Positions 49,254-58,945 of a stretch of DNA of 58,945 nucleotides are shown piece after piece; the first letter of the stretch is position 1, and each line of letters begins with the position of its first letter. The notes under the pieces were generated by a model. It searched no databases. It saw only the letters and a program-made list of their open reading frames with translations, and was not told the origin of the DNA. Where the stretch lies: positions 1 through 58,945 of the forward strand of contig CAXHJY010000933.1 of assembly GCA_964016885.1 (NCBI GenBank), written 5' to 3'. The translations under genes and the position numbers were made by a program. This DNA comes from Eledone cirrhosa. Lineage: Eukaryota.

Positions 49254-50205
49254 CAGGGTGTAACAGATAAATTGGGACCATTTAGATATTTATTATAATT
49301 GGTATAACTTGGAAAAATCTAACACTGCAAATTTTATGTTTATGCAATTTATTGTGTAGTGTTTAGCTCTTATTACAGTTCAATGTGACCGCCATTTGCT
49401 TTCTTTACTAGTTCAATCCATTTACGAAATGATGGGCATGCCTTCACTAAAAACACACAGATGTGAGAAGTTGCCTTGGATATTGCTTCAACTGTACCTC
49501 ATTGCCAAAAATTTCACGGGTTCAAATCTGGTGAGCTAGAGGGCCAGTTATCTTTTAGGACAAACATGACAATTCCTTCAAAAATTCTTGCACTCTTTTC
49601 GAAGAATGGGCAGGCACAGAATCTTGTACAAACATGACTCAACTTGCATCATAATACTTCCTAATTCAAGGCAACAAAACTTCTAAGATTTTGAGATACT
49701 CTGCTGTGTTGATTTTAAGACCTGCTTCAATGAAATGAGAAGGCATCAATTTCCCATTACTTGCAACAGCTCCAAAGACCATAATGGAGGCTGGATTTTT
49801 GCTATGTATAGCTGAAGGAACTTCTTTTCATCCACGAAGATGCAAACGTCTCTGCCACGATGTTTCGGATGACTAAGAAGTTTGGGACTTCTTGGAGCAA
49901 GTAGTTAGGATGTGATGGTGTCTCCTCACATATGATTTCATATGGAGATCTTGTCTCACAGCCCTAGAAATGGTCGTTTTAATGATTCCTGCATCTTGAG
50001 CCAACTTCGCCGTCGATTGTGATGGGTTTGACTCAATCAATCTTCTAAGTCCTGCTTAGAAGCAAGGTGTACATTTTTGGTCACTGCAAGGACTGTGAGA
50101 CTTTCTCTGAACATCCTGACTTTTCTTCAAATTGGCTACAACTCTAAAAACAGTAGATTTGGCATACTTTGTGGCTCTAACAATCTCACCAGCACTTTTG
50201 CTGAT
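49254..50205 (-). mobile_element. Degenerate, truncated second DD37D-like mariner
   Basis: TA|CAGGGTG end; minus-strand WPSSSPDLNP near 49518-49546. Confidence 0.7.
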
Positions 50206-51430
50206 CATCATCCCTGCACATCACATGCTCATACCATGCAGTCTTCTCTCCTGCACACAACCTCGGATTCATTCCTCTTAAACCCAGCTTCTCTCTCAAC
50301 TCATCCAATGAAGCATGGTTACTTTGTTTCTCTCTTGCTCTCTTTGTTCTCATTTGTTGTCAACAGTGGGAATAGCTCTCTAAACTTTTTCCATCCTATC
50401 CTTATTCTAGCTATTATGCTTTCAGAGCACACTCCTCTGTGGTTAATTAAGTCACCTAGATAGCAGAAGCTAACGACCATTTCTATGGACCCTTCCTTTG
50501 ATTGGAAAAGGTTTATATCATTGGTACTCTTCCTCTTGATTACTCCCGTGCATCTTCTTCATGCAAAGTTCTCTCTTCCTGTTAGTCTAATTGTTATCCC
50601 ATTACCTCTTTTGTGTGCCCAAGATTTACATTGTGTACATCATATGGAGTTTATGCCTACTCCTTTTCTACATATAGAGCAGCCACTTCCCTGAAGGAAT
50701 CAGTGTCCTATCTTCTTTCCTACTCACCAGCACTTTAGTTTTTGCTAAGTTTACTCTCAGATCTTTTTGATTCCAAATTCTATTTCTGTCATCAGAACTT
50801 GTTTTCTAGTTCTTTTATGGATTCAGCTATAAGGACCGAATTATCTGCATAGAGATGTTCCCATGGACAGGCAGTTTTAATCTCCTCTGTTTTGGCCTGG
50901 CGAACTATGATGAACAGCAGTGGGCTAAGAACAAACTTTAATGAACTTGAATTTTTCACTAAACACACTTCTTACTTTCACTTTACTGACATCTCTTCCG
51001 TACATAGCTTGCACTGCTCTTACACGCCATTCTTCTACCCCTAATTGTGAAAGGCCTTTTCTAGGTCAACAAAAGCTAAATATAGCGGCTTATTCTTGGC
51101 TAAGAACTTCTAGTAGTTGCCCCACTAAAAAGAAGGCATCTGAAGTATTTTTCCAAGGCATGAAACCAAATTGCATGTCATCTAATTTGACTCTTTCTCT
51201 AATTAGCAGTGCTATAACTCTTTCTGTCACTTTCCTAACTTGGTCCATTAGTTTTATTCCTCTGTAGTTGATCCTTTCTAAATCATCATCTTTGCCCTTC
51301 AATTTCTGATTGTACTGCTGCACCAGTCATTGGGTGTGACTCTGTCCTGTATTACCTGACTGACTATGTGGGGTACTAGTTCAACTCTTACTTCTCCAAA
51401 TGCTTTTAGTATCTCCTACAGTCCAACAGC
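50205..51430 (-). mobile_element. Degenerate RTE RT fragment
   Basis: NYRGIKLMDQVRKVTERVIA...MQFGF; finger remnant near 50545-50690. Confidence 0.8.
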
Positions 51431-51724
51431 TTTATGATTCTTCATTCTCTGTGTGTATATATACATGTGTGTGTGTGTGTGTATAATATATCATCATCAT
51501 CACCACCGTTTAACGTCCATTTTCTATGCTATGTATATGTGTTTGTGTATGTGTCTATACATCTAGATGACCAAATCTCCTCTCCCCCATCCATACACCT
51601 CCCTCGTCTTAACACTCCACCCTTCACCAGCTAAGTACCCCACCTTAGACCTACTTCTCCAATCCCCATCCTGCATACAAGCATAGAAAGCTTGAAGCAC
51701 TCTTCTAAAATGTTGCTGAAATGG

Positions 51725-52465
51725 CTAAAATCTTTTAGTCCACCCTGAATAGTGGTCGTGTTGGTGGCTTGACAAAAAGCACCCAGCCCACTCTGTAAGA
51801 TGGTCTTTTTGGTTATATGACAAAAAACATTCAGTCCACCCTGTAAGGTGGTCGTGCTGGTGACAATGTAAAAGTACCCAGTCCAACCTGGGAGATGGTC
51901 TTTTTGGTGCCATGCTAAAAAGCACCCAGTCTACGCTGTAAATGTAGTTTGCATTAGGAAGGGCATCCAGCCATAGAACCCAAACAAGAAACAGTTCTGT
52001 ATGAACAAGACACCACCATCTGATTTGACTTGTCTTACAACGGGACAACATGTTTAACCCATGCAAGCATAGAAACTGGACATTAAATGGGTGATGATGA
52101 TATATATATATATATCCCCCACTGCAAATAGCATATAAAACGCCACACCTTGGCAGTGTGATGTCTGTACCCTTTCAAGTACCAACTCACACCAATGCCT
52201 CCCTAGCCAGACTAAGGGTACTGGACACCCTAGTGTTGTAATGAGGTAATGCTGGTGCCACAACCTAAAGCACTGTAGTGCTGGAGTCATGATAAAATGG
52301 TCCCAGTACATACTATAAAATGGTTGGTGTTAAGAAGGGCATTTAGCCATAGAAATGAAGCATACAAGCATGACTAAGTCATCTGACCTGTCCGGCCTCA
52401 ATATTTGACAGCCATCTGGCCCATGCAAGCATGGAAAATAGGCATTTAATGCTGATGAAGATGAT
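51725..52465 (+). mobile_element. Old RTE/SINE 3'-end remnants with amplified ~58-bp subrepeats
   Basis: Repeated CACCCAGYCCACYCTGTAAGGTGGTC units, TTAGGAAGGGCATCCAGC motif, GAT tails at 52092 and 52452. Confidence 0.6.
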
Positions 52466-52969
52466 GTAGTCACCCCTACCCCTGTCACATCCCTGATACA
52501 CCTTTCCTGTCCAACTCATGCATGTATGGAAAGCCAAACATGTTCACCAATATACTGCCAAAAACAACTGCTAAACACAATTCACTATCTTCAAAGCCAC
52601 TCCATAACATGTCATTCTGCCATTGCTGGTACCACAACAAAGAAGAAAGACAGTCAACCCTGTACTGATGCCACATCGAAAAGTACCCAACCCACGCTGT
52701 TAGGTGATAGTAGTGGTGCCATGAAAAACAGCTCCTACTGCATACTGTAATGTCATTGGTATGAGGAAGAGCATCCAAATATAGAAAACCAAGCAAAACA
52801 TGGTCACCTGACTTGTTTGGAAAATAGAAGTTAAATGGTGATGGTAATGTTGATCATCACTCTAACATAGACAGCTTTATATCATGGAACCATGGGTTGT
52901 TTCAGTTGGGTTTGGTATCCTGAGTTAAAGCCAGAATGACAAAATGGGATGGTTTCTACTGGTATGCGT

Positions 52970-53163
52970 TTAACCCTTTAGCCAGAATACTCTCACCTCT
53001 TTATGTTCAAACTCGCCATAACTGGCCACTTATACTGATGCTAAGGTATTGTTCTCAAAATAAATAATATCAAAATCTCATAGATTTGATATTATGTGAG
53101 GTAAAGCCTTTACCATGAAAATACAATAGTAAATATAGAGTAATGTAAATGCTAAAAAGTTAA
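52970..53163. mobile_element. piggyBac-like MITE copy
   Basis: Homologous to 26902-27108, TTAA flanks. Confidence 0.75.
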
Positions 53164-53648
53164 TCATTTGTGCTCACTCAGAGTTGGCCGAGAGTTAAAC
53201 AACACAGCAGTAGTTTATGTTGTAGGGATAAAATGTTATCAATCCACATCTGTGTAATGAATAAGACATACATGAACAATTCTTTTCTTTGAGCCATAAA
53301 CTATTACAAAATAACCAGTTATCCCCTCCTTCTTCCCACGCCAATCTCAGTTGCTTCAAATCATCACAGCAGCAACTGTGAATTTGTTTGTTTTTTTGTT
53401 ATTTTTCTTAATCTTTCACTTCATCAACATTTTATCATTGTGGGTGTCACAGTAATGAAAATAATATCCTTTTGATAAAAAAAAAAAAGCACAATGAAGT
53501 GTCTTGTCATAGGCAAAAGTAGACAAACTAACATTAAGGTTTTAGACTAGGTTGAATCAACAACCAGTATATTACTGGATGTTTGGTATTCTTCAATCTC
53601 TGGAGGTGGAAAATCTAGAAGCCTGTTCCCCCCTCCTCCCGGTAGCTT

Positions 53649-54011
53649 TTAACCCTTTCATTACTGTATTTCTAATGAAAAACACTGCCAATCATGTACA
53701 AATAACTTCAAAATAATCAAGAATTTGAAGGAATTTAGTAATGCAACTAACTTTCTCATTAATTTCGTTCTTGCACAAAATTATGATGGGTAGTTGTTAC
53801 ATAAATATAAGCACTTTAACCCTTTAGCAGTTGCATTACTCTATATTTACTAGTGTATTTTCGTGGTAAAGGCTTTATCTCACATAATATCAAATCTATG
53901 AGATTTTGATAACAATACCCAAACATCAGCATGAGTGGTTGGATATGGCTAAACGGTTAAACAAACAGTTTTGAATCAGAACTAAGGGCGGTTTAGTTTC
54001 AAAATGGTTAA
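53649..54011. mobile_element. Second TTAA-MITE family with a nested copy of the first (53816-53960)
   Basis: The TTAACCCTTTCATTACTGTATTTCTAATGAAAAACAC end matches an inverted copy at 54875-54909; internal TTAACCCTTTAGCA element. Confidence 0.55.
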
Positions 54012-54930
54012 GTTGCTCGAAGTTCAATACTTGCTGTGGGCATGCATTAAGTTAAATCAACAATCGGTTACATTTTACAGGATGATTCAAATTTTCTTGA
54101 GTGAAAACATATAGAAGCCTGTTCATATGAATGTTGTTCAATTGGGCTGAGATCAAATTACATATTGTCACAAATCCAGTATCAAGTTACTGTAAAATAA
54201 ACCAATATATATATATGTATGTGTGTGTATGTTTATATATGTATGTATATATGTGTGTGTGTGTGTTGTACATGATTCAATGGACTATAGACTTCTTCCT
54301 TCCACTTTGATTTAATATTTTATCAGTTCTATATTAACTGTCTAGTACACTGCTCTCTCTCTCTCTCTGTCTCTCTTTCTCTCTCTCACTCTCTCATCCT
54401 TTATTTCTATATCCTTCTTTCGCATCTCTTTTCTTCTAAATAAATGTAGCTGCCTTGTATTCCTATTTATTTTTCAGAATGTATGTAAGTGTATGTACTT
54501 GTGTCTGTGCATGTGTGTAAGTGTGAACTTGTGTGTATGTCAGTGTTTCCATCATAGCTTTCCTTTGCCTGCCACCCTCATTTTTCATTCGAAATTTATC
54601 ATGTTTGGGGGACAAAATCTCCCTCCTGTTACTTCAAATGCTTGTAGTATCTTTACTACTCGACAGACTATTGTAACAATTTGTTGGTCATAGTGTTGCT
54701 TTGTACTTTTCAAGAATGTTTTGCTAATGTCATTTTATATGGTACAACCTGTTCAAAACTGGCTCTAGTTTTATGAAACAAAGCCACTCATTTTAAATGG
54801 TTTTTATTTAAATTAAAATCTTCCAACATAATCTTAGTAAATCCTGTAAAACTTTTCATTAATTAATTAAAATAGTGTTTCATTAGAAATACGGTGACAA
54901 AAGTGTTAAATGTGTCGCCATGAAAGATCT

Positions 54931-55147
54931 TTAACCCGTTGGCATTTACATTACTCTATATTTAATATTGTATTTTCATGGTAAACACTTTATTTCACAT
55001 AATTATCTCGCATAATATCGAATCTAGAAGATTTTTAGATTATTTATTTATTTTGAGAACAATACCTTAACATAAGTATGAGCAACCAGTTATAGCCGGT
55101 AGGAGAATTCTGACCAGATACAGCTGGTTTAAATGCTAAAGGTTTAA
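54931..55147. mobile_element. piggyBac-like MITE copy (reverse orientation)
   Basis: Reverse-complement homology to 26902-27108. Confidence 0.75.
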
Positions 55148-55457
55148 TTATTGTTTTGAGGAGCTGTAGAGGCTTAGGGACCTTTGTTGTGCATGTGACC
55201 AACATATATGTAGACATACACATATAAAACAGTGACAGTCTGTCACTGTTGCTATTTCTGTTGTAATTCACTGGCTCCATTTTTGTATCATGAAAGTTTT
55301 TATATATTTTTCAAATATATGTAATTTTTAGTTTTTCCTTTATATATATATATCTATAAATATATGGAGGAAGTATGTTTTTAGAAAGCAGTGAACAAAG
55401 TTTGAAAATTGAAATAGAAATGTTACGGTGGAACCTTCTATTAATATTTCAGTATAT

Positions 55458-56150
55458 ATCATCATCATCATCATCATCATCATTTTACGTCCGCTTTTCC
55501 CTGCTTGCAAGGGTGGGACGGGTCTTATTCAGCATCTCTCCACTTCTCACTGTCGTTCGTCATCTCCTCCATGAACTTCAGCAATTTGAGGTCTGCTCTC
55601 ACCACCTCCACCCATGTTTTTTGTGGTCTTCCTTCTACTGGGATTTCTTGGCACTTCTTTACCCAGCAGTCATCCTCCATGCGTATCAAATGTCGATACC
55701 ATCACAGTCTTCTCTCTCGCACACTACAACTTATCCTTCTTATTCACAGTTTCTCTCCCAACTCTTCTATGCTTGGTCGTTGACGCACATTGACATTACA
55801 CATCCAACAAAGCATGCTTGCTTCATTTCTCTCCAGCCGTCGTATATCCTCTGCAGTTGCTGCCCATGTCTCACTACCATGCAGCATCGTGCATCTCACA
55901 CAGGCATCATATAACCGGCCTTTTCTACACAGGGAGAAACCCTTCTTTGTCAACAGAGGAAGCAGCTCCCTAAACTTCTTCCAACCCATCCTTATTCTAG
56001 ATACTATGGCCTCGGAACACCCCCTCCCATGCCAATCTGATCATCTAGGTACCGGAAGCTATCAACCACTTCTATAGATCCTACCTGCATTTGAAAAATG
56101 TGTCTATCACTGCGACTTCTACTGTCAAATTTCCCTGTACATCTACTGCA
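55458..56150 (-). mobile_element. 5'-truncated RTE family B copy
   Basis: Terminus identical to the 15731 copy; GWKKFRELLPLLTKKGFSL. Confidence 0.88.
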
Positions 56151-56521
56151 TGTATAAAGTGTGAGATGAATCCTAAATGCAAAATAACTGTAACAACAGT
56201 CGAGTGCTATAAATACTAGCTTTGAAAATCTGGTAAAGTACTTCTAGAGATGGGAAAATCTGGCCAGTAGCATCATTGAATCAAACTCCATATCTCTGGA
56301 ATACTGTGAAAGTTCGTTAATCTTTACTCTAAGGGACAACTGACCACCTATTGCATCTATTTTAAAGTACTATACTAAATAGCTTGCAGCTAGAGCTAGA
56401 AGTAAATACACTTTATGAATTAACGAAATACCAGAACTTATTTTACCTGATTTTCTAAGCAATCAACTGTTCTTACAGTTATTTTCTGCATTTGGGATTC
56501 CCACATTTACAAATCTATCAA

Positions 56522-56567
<46 letters not shown>

Positions 56568-56570
<3 letters not shown>

Positions 56571-56931
56571 TCATCATCATCATCATCACCGTTTTACGTC
56601 CGTTCTTCCACGCTAGCATGGGTTAGACGGGTTGTCCTGTTGTGGGCAGTGTCTGGTCGGCTGACCATGCCTTGCTCATACAGGAACTGATCTGGCTTGA
56701 TTTCTACAGCTGGATGCCCTTCCTAACACCAACCTCATTTACAGTGAGTGCTGGGTGCTTTTTCATGGCGCCTACACGTCCACTTTACAGTGTGGGCTGG
56801 GTGCTTTTTTGCCGTGGCACCTCCACGACCACCTTGCGGTGGGGGGAGTGGGGGCATATTGTTTATATGCTTCAGCATGTACCCATGGGAGGTCGGGTAC
56901 CCTGTATTACTGCGTGACGCCAGAAGTCACG
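56568..56931 (-). mobile_element. RTE A1 3' UTR fragment abutting (TA)n
   Basis: (CAT)n tail; near-identical to the 36798 copy. Confidence 0.88.
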
Positions 56932-57737
56932 GAAGACAACAGAAGGCTGGACTCAAAATATCCTTTTTATGTTGCAAAATCAGAATACGTATTTCTATGG
57001 CATGGTTACATCATCAGATCTTGAGTAAGACTTTGGCAATGTCATCAGGTGTAGATTGTAAAGCTTAGGTAATCAATAACAGGATTGTAGCAGACACAAA
57101 CAGAAAATAGACTTCATTTGGTGACATGTTATTGTTGCAATGAACTGCCTCTGAATGGCACACACGCAGCGATGCTATGCCTTGTGGGTCGGGTAGGCAT
57201 GAAATTCTGCTGTTCCCAGATAATACCCACACCATTAACCAGAACCAACAATCTGCCACTCAGGGGTACTAAACATAGTGTCAGCAGATTCTGGCCAAAA
57301 ACCAGCATAGCAATATGGTGTAAAATTTAAGGAGGAGATAGGTGCTATAAAAGTTTAAAGAATTATAAAAACAAGGGGTAAATGTTCCAGTAAATAAATT
57401 AAAAAAAATATAGAGAGTTGTGAAAAGTATTAAGATTATAAGGTTACGAAAAGTGGGTAATTATATTCCTAATGTAAGTGATTAGTTAAAAGTAAATCAT
57501 TAATTGATTAAAGGGTAAATGTAAACTATGTGTGTTTGTATTGTGAAAGAAAATTGTGGCATGGCTTTCTCTACAAAATTCCAGTAGGGTTTCAGTGACC
57601 GAGTATTTTCAATATATTGAAGGAAGGGGAAATTAATTCTAAGCACTCAAAGTATAAAAACCGAATTCCAGTGTCTTACATGTAACTCAGAAGACAACTA
57701 AATGGTCTGTCAGTGGTGGTAACGCATACCCAGATAA

Positions 57738-58049
57738 TCTATACTATAATAAGAGCCATGTGTGTGCATTTCTGTATGTCCTTCAACATATAGACAACAC
57801 AACACAAGACTTTTTTTTTTTTAAACTTTCACTGAGAGAGCAATAAAGTGAGAGAGAATATGTGTGGAAAATAGGTAGGATTAAAATTTGTTTCAAGGAA
57901 AAAAAAGCGTGTTGTTGTTTGAGAGAGTGTGTGTAAAAGTTAGATAGCTAGAGAGAGTTGTCACGACACTAAAAGTTTTGATTGAAAATGCAGGAATTTT
58001 AAGTGTAAGACAAAAAGAGTGTTTTAAGGAAAATTGAGTTTGCAACTAG
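57738..58049 (+). mobile_element. Candidate short non-autonomous Helitron
   Basis: A|TCTATACTATAATAAG start and CTAG|T end; subterminal hairpin is poor. Confidence 0.45.
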
Positions 58050-58548
58050 TGATGATAATAATGATAATGGTAATAATCATTCCAGTTAAAATATTATCCT
58101 TCATGGCACAATCAATGTATATACATTAATAAAATTACCTAGTGGATAATTTTATAACTATGATTAGGTAAAAAAATGCAAGTGCATAGTTGAAAATGGA
58201 ATTAAATCGGTAGCTGGTGGTGTGTCAAAGGGGTCGTGTAATATGAGATTACATATGGAAATACAATATAAAGATATACTATAAGATAAAATATGAAAAA
58301 TATAGAAAAATAAATTAAGGTGTAGATCAAAGCTATATGCTATAATGAGTAGTATATATACTCCCCAGTATAAGTATTATAATATAAATGAACTATAATG
58401 AAGAATTATATATATAAATTTATCCGAAAATAAAAGTCTTGGTGAGAATTCAACATCAAACAGATCAAAGAACATAGTTTAGATATTAACTAAGAACTCC
58501 TCTCAAACATGTCGATGTTAACGTTTCCTCCTCTGTCTTGTTTTCCAG

Positions 58549-58635
58549 CATGATGTCAACTCCCTACGTCCAGTGGATCCAACAGAAAAAGAGTTGAAAC
58601 ACAACCCCAAATTTGAAGAACTCTTCACTCCCACG
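58549..58635 (+). CDS. CDC40: CDC40/PRP17 second coding exon (87 nt, 29 codons)
   Basis: Polypyrimidine tract and TTTTCCAG acceptor, then HDVNSLRPVDPTEKELKHNPKFEELFTPT, then a GTAAAA donor. Aligns without gaps to the recalled human 29-mer EDLETGVHLDPAVKEVQYNPTYETMFAPE. Confidence 0.88.
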
Positions 58636-58945
58636 GTAAAAAGAAGTTTGTTTTTTTTTATATTTACTAGCGTAGTACTCGTAAAAAATTATGGAGTTTA
58701 TTGTAAGAAATATTAATTTAATAATTCCTTGATTACAGCATCTATATGTAAATTTTTGCGATTATGTCACAGCACGTAAAGAGAAAGGAGTCGTTTGACT
58801 ACCTCATACTACTCCTCCCTCTTTACGTGAATGTATGTGTATGTAAAAGGAAGGGAGAGGAAGCATGTATGTGTTTGCACGTTTATATTTATATACACAT
58901 GCATATAAATGTATGCATATGCCCATACACACATACATGTCAGCA

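Larger units (their letters stand above)
8308..58548 (+). other. CDC40: CDC40 intron 1 (50,241 bp, GT-AG, phase 0), TE-filled
   Basis: The flanking exons join in frame and are colinear with the recalled CDC40 protein, so no intervening coding exon is needed. Confidence 0.8.

Noticed and set aside
51725-51960. CRISPR-like repeat spacing
   Set aside because: Eukaryotic context; these are degenerate tandem subrepeats of a retroelement UTR with no unique spacers or cas genes.
8308-58548. Antisense bias of LINE insertions in the intron
   Set aside because: About 12 antisense versus 7 sense tails by my count; too few to be meaningful.
58666-58945. Possible minus-strand Helitron 3' end (ACTAG plus weak hairpin)
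   Set aside because: Hairpin is poor and the other end lies outside the window.

Overview
AT-rich animal (eukaryotic) genomic DNA; the long (TA)n/(TG)n tracts and the SINE/LINE repertoire look like a cephalopod (Octopus-like) genome, which is an inference. One host gene is recognisable: the first two coding exons of CDC40/PRP17 (8143-8307 and 58549-58635, + strand), separated by a 50,241-bp intron that is largely mobile DNA. A divergent minus-strand first exon probably lies at about 7768-7874. The intron holds a near-intact full-length RTE-clade LINE (ORF 43402-46605) plus about 20 truncated relatives with (GAT)n tails, a disrupted autonomous Helitron and non-autonomous Helitrons, a DD37D (maT) Tc1/mariner with intact TIRs, piggyBac-like and other MITEs, tRNA-derived SINEs and Penelope-like remnants. 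The most notable observations are: (1) a C4HC3 PHD-type zinc finger with fixed spacing inserted inside the reverse transcriptase of two clearly divergent RTE families, with degenerate copies in older ones; (2) minimal type I hammerhead ribozymes at 27804-27873 (+) and 23197-23232 / 25720-25755 (-), near a Penelope RT fragment; (3) a near-perfect 396-bp palindrome; (4) several insertion junctions that show how the elements integrated. All calls were made by eye; no database searches were run.
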